Origin: the human T2T-CHM13v2.0 reference genome, Homo sapiens
Assembly (NCBI RefSeq): GCF_009914755.1
Contig: NC_060929.1
Length of the DNA: 64,000 nt
Direction: 5' to 3' (one strand)
Of this stretch, positions 14,690 to 35,420 are shown piece after piece (the first letter of the stretch is position 1; each line of letters begins with the position of its first letter). The translations under genes were made by a program, and so were the position numbers. The notes below the pieces were generated by a model that had not been told where the DNA came from, did not search any database, and saw only the letters and a program-made list of their open reading frames with translations.

Positions 14690-15390
14690 TCTGTGATGTT
14701 TTCCATTCAATTCAGCAACCGTTTCTCCAGTCCTCCAAGACCAACTGGGTATCCAACAATTCAGTTCAATTCTGACACTATTCATAGTTATTGCAGACCC
14801 ACAAGATTGTCTGTGGCTGCCAGCCGCAAATGGGGTGCCCAAGCTACCTACACTTCAATCAAGCTGACTACAAATTTAGGAGTTCCCACAACCTGAACTT
14901 CCATTCAGGTTCAATAATTTTCTAGAATGACTCACAGAACTCAGAAAGTGCTATACTTACTATTACAGCTTTATTATAAAGGATACAACTCTGGAAGAGC
15001 CAAATGGAAGAGTTAAATTATGCATTAGACAGGGGTGGTGCAGAGCTTCCATGGCCTCTTTGAGTGCACCACCCTCTCAACACGTTAATGTGTTCACCAA
15101 CCTGGAAGCTCTCTGAACCTCATTATCAAATGATTCTATAACACAATTTCCAATGCCTTCCCTATTCCTGGAAGATAAAGAGGAGCTGAAACTTCAAACC
15201 GTCTAGTCATGTGATAGGCTTCTCTGATGACCAGCCTCCATTTTGAAGCTCTCTAGGGGTCCCTCAACCAAGAGTCCTCTCATTAGTATACAAAAGACAT
15301 ACTTATTTCTCAGGTAATTCAGATTGTAGGAGCTCTGTGCTAGGAACCTGGGCCAAAAAACCTAATATATATATAGTTATTATACCATAC
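14690..15390 (-). mobile_element. MER21-like LTR
   Basis: ccaactgggtatccaacaattcagttcaattctgacact, ctagaatgactcacagaactcag, ggagctctgtgctaggaacc. Confidence 0.8.
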
Positions 15391-17415
15391 CACCCTTAAC
15401 TATTTAATCCTCCAAGACTTCATGGAAACCATAAATCCAGTTATAATTACCAAACAATGCTAACAGATTGGTATGTCCTGAAAAATCTCACAAACCCAAA
15501 GATAAAGTATTATCGCTATTTAATTAATTTATTTTATAACATTGCCCAAACATCACTATCCTACTTCAAGTAACTTTAGGAATAAGAATGTGGTCAATCT
15601 GGACATGCTGAGATTAACCTGTATTAGTTCTCATGTTATCTGAAGATAATCTATTCCCCTTTCTATTAGAAGGAAAAAGCTTTATTAATCAGATTAAAAC
15701 TAAAACTACAATTCACCATCAATATCAGTGACAAAGAACAACAGTACATTAGAATGTATGTTTTTCATGACCCATCAGCTGGTAAAGTGAATGAGAAGGG
15801 GAGTACTATAAGGTGAGAGCTGAAAAAATAAATAAATAAAATGCCGTGCTTAATTTCCCACGTAAACTGAGCAAAAATGTGCCCTCATAGATACATAGAC
15901 AACTTAGCACATGTCAATAGTGATGAAAGGAAAAGGACTGAAAGCACAAAGAATAGTTATTTACATATGTACATACATATGTGTGTATTCTTTAGAAATA
16001 TTAGCAAAACAGCTGTCAAGGGAGAGCACTAAGCTAAATATCATAATATTGTGAGAGACTCCTACAAACCACTTAACCTTATCACAACTAACTGATTTGA
16101 TAATTATGAAGCATTATTTCTTGTGGGCTAACAGCAAGGTTTGCTACATATAAAAGGCATGGTTTTAAGCAAAATAAGGACCTGTTTAAATTTTTTGCAT
16201 AAGACAAAGAGCGGTCTTCTACCCAAAATATCTTTAACATCAGCCTGTCTTAGAACCTAAAAATTTATACCATAATTATTCTTCTCTTTTTCTTCATCTC
16301 CTCTCCTTTTTCTCCTCCCCCTCCTTCTCTTTTTGTTTTTCCTTCTTTTGCTCTGTAATGTTAAACATGGCTCTTAAATTCCAAGCATTACCTGAGAGGG
16401 GTACTCTATTATGCCAAATCAGTAATTAACACCTTCAAATACTTTGATACTTATCAAAAAAGAGGAAGAAAATAGTAACTTGGTAAACTTAGATACAGAT
16501 GATCAAAGAGAAAGTCAATAGCATAAGATTGCCAAGTCAAAACCCCTTGATGACAGAGCTAAAAGTAATAGAAAAAAAAAGAGATGAGTCTGGAAGATGA
16601 ACTTTATCCTTTTCATTTTATCAGACATACTGGGTATTTGAAAAATATAGAGGAATCAAAGTGGCTGACTGGATGTAGGTAGTTTGTGCTTCCTCCACAG
16701 AGAAGAGTCAGAATAGTAAGTAGATATTCACATTTAAAACAGGTCAGCTAGGAGAGAATGCTGGGATTCATCAGATAAGAGACACGAAGTGCCAGAAGTA
16801 AGTAAGAAGAGGGTTTGAGTTAGCTTACCCAACCAGGAACTGACTAAAAGCCAGAAGAAGTTCCTGGACATGGGGAAACAGTAGGCGAGGAATCCCCAGA
16901 GCTGTGAAATGGGCTTTATTAATCTTGGCTACAAGAGAAACCTTCAACCGACTGGGGCCATGTGCCTGGCATATGGAGCTGCTTAAAGACTGTGCAGAGA
17001 CATTGCTCCAGAAGGGGAACCCACATGGAATCCCACAGTCATCTGAGCTCAGAGCAGCCTTAAATGGGAGCCATTTCAAGTGGTCAGATACCAGGCATCT
17101 ACAGACAGAGCTGCAGCCATTGCACTGCTCTAAGGAGGGAGAGGGAGAATGGTTACATATACACCTCTGGGAGTGTACTTGCTGCCCTGCTATAAGCTGC
17201 TGTTGAGACTGAGATGGAAATGAACCACACTCCCCGCAGCTTTTTGCTCACACTGCTTGCCTAGGTGGTACTCTACCCTCTTTGATTCCAGGCCCAAAGC
17301 ACCATTTTGAGAGTTTAATGCTGAACTGCACTACATCCTTGGCCTGAGTTTGGACTGAGGTGGCTATAGCCACCTCAAGGCCAAGGACCAATAGGGAAAC
17401 CAGGCTATTCCACAT

Positions 17416-17434
17416 TATATATATATATATATGT

Positions 17435-17480
<46 letters not shown>

Positions 17481-17755
17481 GGAGTCTCACTCTGTCACCC
17501 AGGCTGGAGTACAGAGTCACAATCTCAGCTCACTGCAGCCTCCACCTCCCAGGTCCAAGCGATTCTCCTGCCTCAGCTTCCTGAGTAGCTGGAATTACAG
17601 GTGCACAACACCACACCCAGCTAATTTTTCTATTTTTAGTAGAGATGGGGTTTTACCACGTTGGCCAGGCTGGTCCCAAACTCCTGACCTAGTGATCCAC
17701 TCACCTCGGCCTCCGAAAGTGCTGGGATTACAGGCATGAGCCATCACGCCCGGCC
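17416..17755 (-). mobile_element. AluS (Sg/Sc-like) with tail converted to (TA)n(GA)n
   Basis: Full Alu body 17477-17755; degenerate TSD tattccacatta / tattctatgcata. Confidence 0.92.
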
Positions 17756-20195
17756 TATTCTATGCATATTTAAGACAATACCCACTACCTCACAACTGGC
17801 TGCTGTGAGACTGAGGCTTGAGCAGGCTTTATCTCCCACAGCTTCTTATCCATGCTCCTTGCCTGAAAGGCACCCTATCCTTTCTAGCCGTAAGCCCACG
17901 CATGGCACCATTTTGAGAACACTGTTTGGCAACCTGGCAGCAGTGGCCACAACAGGCATTTTAGTCTCTGGCTAGAGATTGGAGTTCTTGCTCTGCAATT
18001 GGGAAAGGGCCCTCATAGGCAGAATCGAGCCATGAATATTATCTAGCAGTAGATGCTGGAATTAGGCTCTCTCCCATTGCAGGACTGGAGCAGGAAGAGT
18101 TGCTGAAGCTGATGATTCTACCAGGTGGTGAGACATGCAGCCAGGAATAGCTTTGAAATATGATCTCTGTCTGCATGTGTAATTGCCAGATGCACCCAGC
18201 CTGCTTCCTTGGATAATCAGGGTACAAACCAGGGTATAACCCTTGGTGCAGTTCACCTCAAAGGGAGCAGGAATTGCAGCCCACCAAAGCCCTTTTTGGG
18301 TCAAAGAAAACACAAGCACAGTGCCAGTCACTGAATGCAGCATCACCAAAGTCCAGGAGAAGACACACAGAAGGTGTCATTGCTTACCCTCCATTTCCGT
18401 CCTCGGTGCACTTTTGCAGACTCAGCAGCAGCTCTTCTTGTTGGGACCCAGGAGTATGGGCTGAAAGACACTGCTTCTCAGGCTTCTTCAGTGGCTCCAC
18501 CACCACTGAAGATAAAGGTGCACTGGGGGAGGGCACATTTCATGTTTCTCCATTGCCTCTGCCCCTGTTCCTACCTGCTCGCTCTTATTCTTAAGTACCA
18601 TATACTGGATTGCAGCCTGAATTATGCCACCAAACAAAATTACGTCACTACAACAAGCAACATCTGAGAAACCCACTGCATGAACCTATCTGCAACTAAA
18701 GAACACAGCGACTTGGTACCCTGAAAGCAGCCAGAAATTATGCCAACCAATCATATATAATATACACCATGGTCATATCCTCAAAGGAAACAAAATAAAA
18801 AATCAAGAAGCCCTATTTAAAAGATAGCAAATTAAAAAAAAAAAAAAAGCCATATCATCCGTCTAGATGAGAAGGAATTAGCACAAGAAATTCAGCTACA
18901 CAAAAGCCAGAATGTTACATCCCCTCCAAAGGATCCCACAATGTCTCAAGCAATGGATCCTTACAGAATGATATCTCTGAAATGGCAGATACAGAATTCA
19001 GAATATGGATGGCAAATAAACTCAGTGAGATCCAAGAGAAAGTTTAAATGCAACACAAGCCAGAAAAGCAACCTAAGTTTTGAAAGATGACATAGGTATA
19101 TTAAGAAAGAACGAAACAGAACTCTGGAATCGAACAATTCACTACAGGAATTCAAAATAAAATCAGAAGCCTTAACAACAAACTAGACCAAGCAGAACAA
19201 AGAACTTCAAAGTTCAAAGTCCAATCCTTCACATCAACCCAATCAGACAAAAATCAAAACAAAAAATTTAAATAATGAGCAAAGCCTTCAAGAAATATGG
19301 GATTATGTAAAGCAACCAAATCTATGACATATTGGCATTCCTGAGAGAAAAGAAGAGAAAGTAAGCAACTTGGAAACCATATTTGAGAATATAATTCAGG
19401 AAAATTTATAATACCTAATCTTGCTAGAGAGGTCAACACACAGAGATAAAAACCCAGAGAAATCCTGTTACTATGCAAGAATACCATCCCCAAGACCCGA
19501 AGTCATCGGACTATTCAAAGTCAATACAAAAGAAAAAAATCTTAAAGGCACTTAGGGAAAAGGGTTGCATTACCAATAAAGGGAAGACTATCAGAATAAC
19601 AGCAGACTTCCCAGCAAAAACCTTACAAGTCAGAAAAGATTGGAGACCCAATTTTAACATTCAAAGAAATTTCAGCCAAGAATTTCATATCCTGCAAAAC
19701 TAAGCTTCATAAACAAAAGATAATAAAGTCTTTCCCAAACAAGCAATCACCAAGGAAATTTGTCACCATCAGATTGGTCCTACAAGAGATACTTAATGGA
19801 GTTCTAAACATGGAAACTAAAGAAGAATACTTGCTACCAAAAAAGCACATGCAAACACATAGCTTGTGGATCCTATAAGGCAACTACACAATTGAGACTA
19901 TGAAGCAAGTAGTTAACAACACTACAACAGGAACTAAACCTCACATACCAATATTAGTCTTGAATACAAATGGTATAAACAATCCACTTAAAACATGGAG
20001 TGGCCAATTAGATTTTTAAAACAAACACACACACAGACACACACACACACACACATACACACACACACACTATAATCCATCCTTCTGCTGTCTTCAAGAG
20101 AGAAATTTCACACATAATGACATGCAGAGGTTCATTGTAATTGGATGGAGAAAGATTCATTATGCACATGGAAAACAAAAAAGAGCAGGGTTTGG

Positions 20196-20555
20196 TGTGT
20201 TAGTCTGTTCTCATGCTGCTAATAAAGGCATACCAGAGACTGGGTAATTTATAAAGGAAAGAGGTTTAATGGACTCATAGTTCCACGTGGCTGGGGAGGC
20301 CTCACAATCATGATGGAAGGAGAAGCAAAGGCACATCTTATATGGTGGCAGAGAAGAGAGTGTGTGTAGGGGAACTGCCCTTTTATAAAACCATCAGATC
20401 TCATGAGATCTCATGAGATCACTATCACAAGAGCAGCACAGAAAAGACCCAAATGCATGATTCAATTATTTCCCACCAGGTCGCTCCCATGACACATGGA
20501 GATGATTACAAGTCAAGGTGAGATTTTGGTGGGGACATAGAGCCAAACCATATCA
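20196..20555 (-). mobile_element. THE1 (C/D-like) solo LTR inside L1 endonuclease region
   Basis: tgtgttagtctgttctcatgctgctaataaag...gggacatagagccaaaccatatca, 360 bp. Confidence 0.92.
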
Positions 20556-22323
20556 GTTAGCATTCTTCTATCAGATAACTTAGACTTTAACAACAGTAAA
20601 AGGGAACAAAGAAGAACATTTCATAAGGATAAAGGGTTGCATTCAACAAGACTTAATTATCCTAAATATATATGCGGCCAACATTGGAGCCCTGGGTTTA
20701 TAAAACAATTACTTCTAGACTAGGAAAAGACTTAGACATATAATAATAGTGGGGGCCTTCAACATTCCACTGACAGCATTAGACAGATCATGAAGGTAAA
20801 CACTAACAAATTCTGGACTTAAAATTGACCCTTGAGCGATTAGACCTAACAGATGTCTATAGAATACACCACCTAAACATAGAATATACATTCTTCTCAT
20901 ATGCACATGGAAGATACTCCAAGATTGACCACATAATCAGCCATAAAGCAAATCTCAATAAATTCAAAATAACTGAAGTCATACCAAGCATCTTCTTGGA
21001 TCACAGTAAAATCAACAGAAATCAATACCAGGAGGAACTCTCAAAGCCACACAAATGCATGGAAACTAAACAACTTACTCCTGGAATGACTTTTGAGTGA
21101 ACAACAAAATTAAGGCAGAAGTCAAAATGTTCTTTGAAACAAATGAAAATAGAGACACAACATACCAAAACCTCTAAGATACAGCAAAAGCATTGTTAAA
21201 GGAAAAGCTTATAGCACTAAACACCTACCTCAAGAAGATAGAAAGGTCTCAAATTAACAATCTAACCTTACATTTAATGGAACTAGGAAAACAAGAACAA
21301 AGTAAACCCAAAACTAGCAGAAGAAAAGAAACAACAAAAATTAGAGCAGAACTAAATGAAATTTAAACTCCACAAAAAACAAAGGATCAACAAAAAGTAA
21401 AGTTTTTTTTGAAAGGATAAACAAGATTGATAGATCACAATTGATAGATTGATTGATAGCTAGATTAACAAAGAAAAAAGATATCCCAATAAGGACAATC
21501 AGTAATGACAAAGGTGGCATCATAAAGGATGCCACAGAAATACAAAAGATCCTCAGAGACGATTATGAACACTTACATGCACACAAACTAGAAACTCTAG
21601 AAAAAAGTGGATAAATTCCTGAAAACACAAAACCTCCCAAGGTAGAACCAGAAAGAAATGGAAATCCTGAACTGACCAATAATGAATAATGGAGTTGAAT
21701 CAATAGTAATAAAAAAGCTACCAACCAAAAAAAGGCCTGGTCCAGATGGGTTCGTGGCCAAATTCTCCCAGACATACAAAGAGCTTGTATCAATCTCATT
21801 GAAACTATTCCAAAAATTTGGGGGGGGGGAGAAACTCCTCCATAACTCATTCTATAAAGCATGTACCATCCTGATACCAAAACCTGGCAAGACACAACAA
21901 AAAAGGAAACTACAGGCCCATGTCCCTGATTAATATAGACGCAAAATATCTTCAATAAAATAATAGCAGACCATGTCCAGCATCACATCAAAAAGTTAGT
22001 TCAACACAATCAAGTGGGCTTTATTCCTGGGATACAAGGATGTTTCACCATACACCAATCAGTAAATGTGATTCACCACATAAATAGAATTTAAAACAAA
22101 ACCATATGATCATCTCAATATATGTAGAAAAAGCATTCTATAAAATACAACATACATTCTTGATAAAAACCCTCAACACACTAGGTATTAAAGGAACATA
22201 CCTCAAAATTATAAGAGCTAATATTACTTATCAACAACTAGCATTATACTGAAGGGACAAAAGCTGGAAGCATTACCCTTAAGAACCAGAACAAGATATA
22301 GATGTTCATTCTCACCATTCTTT

Positions 22324-27523
<5,200 letters not shown>

Positions 27524-28900
27524 CATTCTCACCTGTCTTATTCAATATAGTACTGGAAGTTCTTGCCAGAGCAATCAGGCAAGAAGAAGAAACAAAAGAC
27601 ATCCAAATAGGAAGAAAATAATTCAAACTATGTCTCTTCACAGATGATATGATTCTATACCTAGAAAATCCTAAACATTCTGCCCAAAGGCTCCTAGAAC
27701 TGATAAACAACTTCAGTAAAGTCTTAGGATACAAAGTCAGTGCACAAAAATCTGTAGCATTTCTATGCATCAATACTATTCAAGCTGAAAACAAAATCAA
27801 GAATATAATCCCACTTGCAATAGCCACAACAAAATAAAATACCTAGGAATACATCTCACCAAGGAGGCAAAAGATCTATACAAGGAGCACTACAAAACAC
27901 TGCTAAAAGAAATCATACATGACAAACAAATGAAAAAGCATTTCATGACAATGGATTGGAAGAATCAGTATCATTAAAACATTCATACTACCCAGTACAA
28001 TATACAGATTTAAGACAATTCTATCAAATTACCAACATCATTTTTCACGTAATTAGGAAAAACTTTTCTAAAATTTACATAGAACCAAAATGGTTGGAAT
28101 AGCCCAGGCAATTCTATACAAAAAGAATAAAGCCAGAGACACCACATTACCTAACTTCAAACTATATTACAAGGCTACGGTGGCCAAAACAGCATATTGC
28201 TGGTACAAAAATAGACATATGGATCGATGAAACAGAACAGGTACCCCTAAAATAAAGCCACACACCAATAATCAACTGATCTTTGGCACAGTCAACAAAA
28301 ATAAGCAATCGAGAAAGGATACCCTATTCAATAAATGGCACTGGGAAAACTGGCTAACCACAAGCAGGAGAATGAAACAGAGATTCATTGTGTGTGGGAA
28401 CACAAGTTATTTCAGCCCCTGTGACCATATACAAAAATAAACTTTAGATGGATTAAACATTTAAATGTAAGACCTCAAACTATAAAAATCCTGAAAGGAA
28501 ACCTAGGAAATTATCTTCTAAATATTGGCTTAGGCAAAATAATTTGTGACTACATCTTCAAAAGCAAATGCAGCAAAAACAAAAATTGACAATTGGAACC
28601 TAAAGAGCTTCTTCACAGCACAAGGAACTATCAGAAGAGTAAATAGACAACCTACAGAATGGTAGAAAATATTTGCAAACTATGAATTAACAAATAACTG
28701 CCATCTAGAATCTATAAGGACCTTAAACAAATGAATGAGAAAAATACAATCCCCTTAAAAAGTGAGCAAAGAATATGAACAGATGTTTCCCAAAAGGAGA
28801 CATATAAGCAGCAAACATATGAAAAAAAAATACTCAACATTACTAATTATCAGAGATGCAAATCAAAACCACAATGAGATACAATCTCACACCAGTCAGA

Positions 28901-28970
28901 CATGCAATTTATCTATATAACAAACCTGCACATGTTCCCCTGAACCTAAAAGTTAAAAAATAAATAAATA
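28901..28970 (+). mobile_element. Very short L1PA 3' terminal insertion within host L1
   Basis: tatataacaaacctgcacatgttcccctgaacctaaaagttaaaaaataaataaa interrupts host accagtcaga...aaaaagt. Confidence 0.7.
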
Positions 28971-29777
28971 GAATTGCAAACACTGCCCCTGCCACCCCCA
29001 CCAAAAAAGTAAAAAAATAACAGATACTGGTGACGTTGCAGATAAAAGGGAACACTTAAACACTGTTGGTGGGAACACACATTATTCCAGCCCCTGTGGA
29101 AAACTGTTTGGAGGTTTCTCAAATAACTAAAATAGAATTACTACTTGACCCAGCAATCTCAATACTGGGCAAAAGGAAAATAAACTGTTCTACCAAAAAG
29201 CCACCTGCATTTGAATATTTATCATAGCACAATTCACAATTGTAAAGACATGGAATCCACCCAGGTGCCCATAAACAGTAGACTGAATAAACAGAATGTG
29301 GTACATATAAACCATGAAATACTATGCAGCCATTAAAAAAGAATGAAATAATGTTCTTTGTAGTAACAGGGATTTCAGCTGGATGCCATTATCCTAAGCA
29401 AATCATTAGTAACAGAAAACCAAGTACCACATGTTCTTACTTATGAGTAGGTGCTAAACACTGAGTACACATAGACACAAAGTTGGGAACAATTAACACT
29501 GGGTATTTCTAAAGGGGGTAGGGATGGAGAGGAATCAAGTATTGAAAAAATACCTATTGGGTACTATGTTCATTACTTGGGCAAAAGTATTGTTAGAAGT
29601 CCAAATCTCAGCATCAGGCAATATATCCATGTAACAAACCTGCACATGTAACCCATTGAATCCAGCGTAAAATAATGAAATGAAATGACATATATGATCC
29701 TATCCAAATCTGAGAATAATAAAATATAATGGGATTTTCCAAACCAAGGTAAATTGTTAGTTTACCATAGGTATTCT

Positions 29778-30318
29778 TGTGTAGCAGACACTTTTGATCA
29801 CTTTCCCATACATATCTGCTCCCTCTCTCCTTTCTTACAGAACTATGATTTTGTTCATGTATACCCTCTCCTCCTGACATTTCTGAGAATTCTAGAATAA
29901 TCTTCAGCCCCAGTGAGTGAATCTTAAATTTCATAAATCAGTCTCAGTGATTATATTACCCTACACAATTGATCTAAGCATAGATATGTGATGCAATTCT
30001 AGTCAATGTAACCCAAGTGTTAAGACTACTAAGGGATCATGGGAAAGGTATCCTCACAAAATCCCACATTATCTCTTTTGTCTGACACTTCTGTCTAGGT
30101 ATGCCACCTGGAAGTGTTGCAGCCTGGAATCTGGCCTGAAGACAAAGCCATTGTGGTGAGAATTATAAAAAGGAAAGGCGATTCCTTCATTGTGCCATTG
30201 ACTAAACCAATCTTAGAACAGCTCTGACTGCCCTTCTTGTCATGTGGGAGAATAAATTCCTTTACTGTTGAAAACACTTCCAGCTGATTTTCTGTTACCT
30301 GCAGCCACTGAACCCTAT
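29778..30318 (+). mobile_element. MLT1J/K-like LTR
   Basis: tgtgatgcaattctagtcaatg, aataaattcctttactgtt...ttttctgttacctgcagcc. Confidence 0.65.
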
Positions 30319-30319
30319 A

Positions 30320-31540
30320 TTGTCAAATCTCAGGTACCCTTTTCAGTTCAACTCTTGACTAGAACATACAGAAATTTTGACACATTTACTTATTTCCCCC
30401 TTATTGAAACATTTAGTTTCTGTGAAACTGGTGTCTCCTATTTTTTCCTCCTTCATTAGGAAATACAGTGATAGTTCTCCTTTGTGAAATTACTAAAATT
30501 TAGAATTCCTCAGGATTTCTCTTGGGTCTCTCTTTTTCTTTTTTTTTCTCTTTCTTTTTTTTTATTTTCTTACAGTTGCTTCATACTTGATATTTCTTCC
30601 TTTGACATTTGCTAACATCTATGAGCTAATTACCCTCAGGTAACTTGGTACAGACCTATTCTCTGAATTCCAGGTATATATTTTGACCGTCTTGTTGAGA
30701 CATCCTCTGATATTCCACAGGTTTCTCACACTGAAAAAGTCCAAAATTGAGTCACTGATGCTTGACACTAAACTGCTTTTCCTTTACACAATGCCAAACA
30801 CACTTGCAGTTACCGGTTGGTCACATTAGAAACCTAGGAGTCATTCTTGGCTCATGTCCACACCTGATATGTCTTTCATCCGTCTACCTCTCTTTATTTC
30901 TATTACTGTCTTTCTTGGTTGAGGGCAGTAATACCTTTAGTATTCTCAATACAACAGTTGCTTAACGAATATTCCCACTTTTGGCTTTCTAGGATCCATC
31001 TCCTATGCAGCAGCCAGAGTATTATTTTAAAAGTGCAAATAGATTCCATATTAACAGCCTCTCTCTTCAATGCTATTTCTATACTTAGACCTAAATCCAA
31101 AGGGTTTGAAGGTGCTGAGATGATCACATAATCTGAACCAGCTCACCTCTCCAATATTATCTCATATGATTCTCTGGCCCATTCACTATGATCTAAACAC
31201 ACTGGTCTGCTGTCATATCTTTAAAGGAGACACACTTTTCCTCTCCCAACTATTTCACTGAGTTAATTCCTGCTCATCTTCCAGGTTTCAGCCTGAATAT
31301 TACTTCAAATGATGACTGCCAGAACCTCCCCATCTAAATTATATCCTTAACCTTTGTTGTCTCTCATGCACTGTTCTAATTAATTTTATAGCACATAACA
31401 TTTAAACAAAAGTGTATACATATATCCATATACATATATACATATGTGTATAAAATGCATATATATACATGTAGTATATCCTCCTACATCATAAACTCTA
31501 AGTTGACAGGCCAGTGACTGTTTTGTCCATCTAGCAAATC
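30320..31540. mobile_element. L2 remnant
   Basis: tagaaacctaggagtcattcttg, cagccagagtattattttaaaa, ataaactctaagttgacagg-type L2 motifs. Confidence 0.7.
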
Positions 31541-34500
31541 ACAGAGAACTTAGAACCCAGCCAAAGGAAGAAAGAACTTTTCAAAAAGTTCTAGACAAGT
31601 GACAAGGTCACAGGCAGGAAAATAAGCAAATTTATAATGCTAGGCTTGAAGTATCTAGACCACTACCGTGGCTCTAATAAATAGGGCTGGCCTAGGTTCA
31701 TGCTAAAGCAGAGACAGACAGCTTTTACAACATTTCCGTATTGTCTTGATATTAATATTCTTAATCTTCCATTGTGGTTAGATACAGAACTCACTAGGTA
31801 TCCCCAAGCAGAATAGAATAAATAACATTTATCCCTCATGGAAAATGTCTTATTCTTTAAAGCCGCCATGATAACATTATAATGAAGTGCATTGTTATTT
31901 AATACTGATTTGCTGAGAATCAAATAAAATTATTGATTCTTACAGATTATTTGAATGCTGCTACTGGAAAGAAACCGTGTAGTGGAAATATGACATTTAC
32001 AGTCTATCAGAGCTAAATTTGAAACTGATTCCTGATAATTATTAGTTATAGATTTGGGAGAAGTTTATCTTTTTGTACTGTTTTCTTATTTATATAAATA
32101 GGGATACATTTGCTTCTGATAGGGATTTTCATGGTGTTTATGAAAGGATATGTGTGACAGTAAATTTCTCAGGTCCTGCCAGAGAATGAGAAGCTACAAT
32201 GCTGCAGATGATCAAAAGCTGATGACATAATTTTATTGTACTTTTAGTGCTACCTGTTAATGAAGAAGCTAATGTGTGCAATGTTTTCAAGAGACGGCAG
32301 AGTTAGAGCTATTAAGAATCATTCATGTGGACATGAAATTTGAGCTAGAAGGAAAAGCCAGGGGAACAAGATGGAGAATTTAGTGGTTCATGACTAAGTT
32401 ACTTTCAAATGTGATTCCATTGATCCATTTATTGAAAAAAAATTATTAGCTCACACATTTATAAATGTCAATGAATGTATCAATAGTTTGCCCAAGTTTA
32501 TATTCTAGCATATTGTTACTTTTTATTATACTGCAATATACATGAAACAATATTTTGCCTCCATTTCTGAGGCCTAATGAGCCATATAGATGCTAAATCA
32601 TGCTCAAATCTAATGGAAAGTTGCTTTACAAAGAATAATGCTGTAACTCATCTATGCATAAACAATAATTATAATGCCCTGAAACGTTGAATTCAAAAGA
32701 CCAAAATTGAGCATCAAAGACTGTTTCACACTGAGCCACATGAAAATGATCTCCTCTATTTGACTTGTTTAAGTCTTACTTCTATCTTTGAAATTAAACA
32801 CTCATAATTTGCATTTTAACATTTCTGAAATTCTTCTAGAAATAGCATCAAAATGATCCATAGAGAGAATGCTATTTATAATATGTATATAAAGGGAAGT
32901 ATCACAGTTTAAATACACACATTTATTTTTCTACCCATGCTCCACCACATACAACATTGATGGGCTACACTGATGTTATCAAATGAATTATGGACAAGGG
33001 AAATATAATAAAATACTTCTCTTTACCTGTCTCTCAATTCAATTATGAAACTTCCAAATCCAAACCTCAAAAAGACAAATAAAGGCAAATCATCTTTATT
33101 TGTCAAGTCCTGTATAAACCATGCTCAACAATAAGTTCTCCACACCCCATTTTCCACCCTCAATAATACGCACTGGGAAAATAATCCCTTAAAAATTTTG
33201 ACTACTCTACTCAATTGTTTGCTTCTCTATGACTTCTTAGCCTTGGAAAGTAAATCTTTATTTTAATAACCATAGAAAGTCTAAGGTAAATCCTATTAAC
33301 CATAAATAGAGATGAATCCTTTCTCCCTCATTCTGCTACAGTATATTTTATCTTTGGGAATATTTTCTTTAAAAATCTTTATATAAAGTTTTTTCACTTA
33401 TAAAATATAAATGAAAAATTGAGTCCATCAAAAATGATCCCTGTCATGAATTTTAACATTTAATAATGGGAAAATAGAATCATATGCACAAAAAGAAGAA
33501 AATATGCACAGCAAATTATGCCTAATTGTATTTAAGCTAATTTTTTTATGAAAATCTTATGCCTTGAGACAAGTCCATATTCTGAGTACCCAATTGGGTT
33601 TTTATAATTATACGTACAACTTTAACTACTATGTTAAAGTACAAACTTTAAGCACCTGTTGTTTCTGCTAACCTATAACATACTCTTAATGTTTGCCCTC
33701 TCTAAAACATAGTTTTAATACTAAAAGTAATAACCACTCAATCTCCCCTATCTCTCTTTCTCACTCCCCACTTCCATCTCTCACTTAAGCACATTATTCA
33801 AATTGAGTTTGGCTTTTTTGTGTGTGGGGGCAGGAATCATAGAATATTGGAAATATAGGACAAGAGGAAAAAAGTCAAAAGAAAGATAATAACTAAATGA
33901 TGTCCAGTGTAAAATTATATAAGAATATGCTGCCTGCCCTTGTCACAAATATTTCACAAAGCCACAAAATCCATCTTTACACAGATCACGTTTGCAGCTC
34001 AGTTGGATGTAAGTAGGAATTAGCTACAGCTCACTAAACACTTCATCACATTATCTGATTGCATTTAAATTGTTTCTAGGTAATTCACGGAACAGATTAT
34101 TTGCAGGAGCTCTGGGAATAGCAACACTTTCCCTCAACAAGAAGTCAGGTTACCCTGTTCATCTATTTTTAAAGTTAAATCTCTTTCATACCCAGTGTGA
34201 AATTTTTAACAAAGTCTGATTTGCTGTTAAAGATTTTGCACACTGCTACATAATTCCACTTAACACTTTGAGCTAGGAAAAGACCTGAATGCTAATCTGA
34301 ACTCCACCAAAAATAACTGTTTTAGGCAGTACACAAGTTAATTTCAGATTCCAAAACTAGTTTCATCATCTCTTTCCCCTAGTTTGTTTTTTAAATAGTC
34401 TTTGAAAATTATGGAATTATAACTATTCATTATGTGTTTTCTCTCAGGGCTAGATGACTTCAATAAAGCAAAGCGGAAAATGTCTCAAAAATATTCTTAC

Positions 34501-35282
34501 TCTTCCCACTCAAACAATATAAGAGGTGCATATTCAATGAGCAGCAGTAAAGCCCTTCTAAAGTGGGTAGGTGTAATTTGTCTTTGTTATTTCACTTGAC
34601 ACTTTTTGGTCAATTACGATGCCATCCGATGTGAGGCACCATTTCTCAATGAGCTTCATAAAGTAAGAAATCAGCTGAAAGTAATAGATTCCACAAGAAA
34701 AATAGATATAGCATAGTCAAATAAATTTGGAACATGCTAGGACTGCTTAGTTGAATAAAACCGGGTTTTTTAAAGACTTTTCATAGATTTCAGTATATTA
34801 ATTTAAATTATAAAGCCCCTAGAATGAGAAGGTGCATATATAGTTTCTCAAAGCTTATAAAAGAGGAAATGCACAGACTAAAGACTGAGACAAACGTGGT
34901 CATAGATACAGGTTACACCACATGTTTGAGTAATGAAAATCTTTCTGATCCTTAGTTTCCTTATCTGCCATATGATAGAGTGAATAAGAGATGGTATCCA
35001 GGGATGAACACACCAATGCCCAAATCCCAGGGCTGTCGCTTATTTGCTGTGAGTCACAGGCAATTTACTACAAGCTCTCCATATCTCAGAGTCTCCTTTT
35101 AAAAAATAAGGAACATAACAATAATATCTACCACCAGATTTGTTGCAAGAATTACAGTGCTTAATAGTTATAAGGTGCCTAAAACAACAGGTGTTCACTA
35201 AATATGATTTTCTTTCTGTCGATTCCCTTCTGTCCCATACCCAGAGTCATTGTTGGGATATTTGAGCCTCCAAGCCTCAAAC

Positions 35283-35381
35283 TGGAATTAGATCCAGCTT
35301 GGAATTAGATCCAGTGGAATTAGATCCACTATATATATATATGTGTGTGTATATATATATATATATATACACATATGTATA

Positions 35382-35420
<39 letters not shown>

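Noticed and set aside
16825-18676. Cluster of 60-110 aa ORFs
   Set aside because: GC-richer L1 5'UTR and Alu sequence; overlapping frames with no recognisable domain
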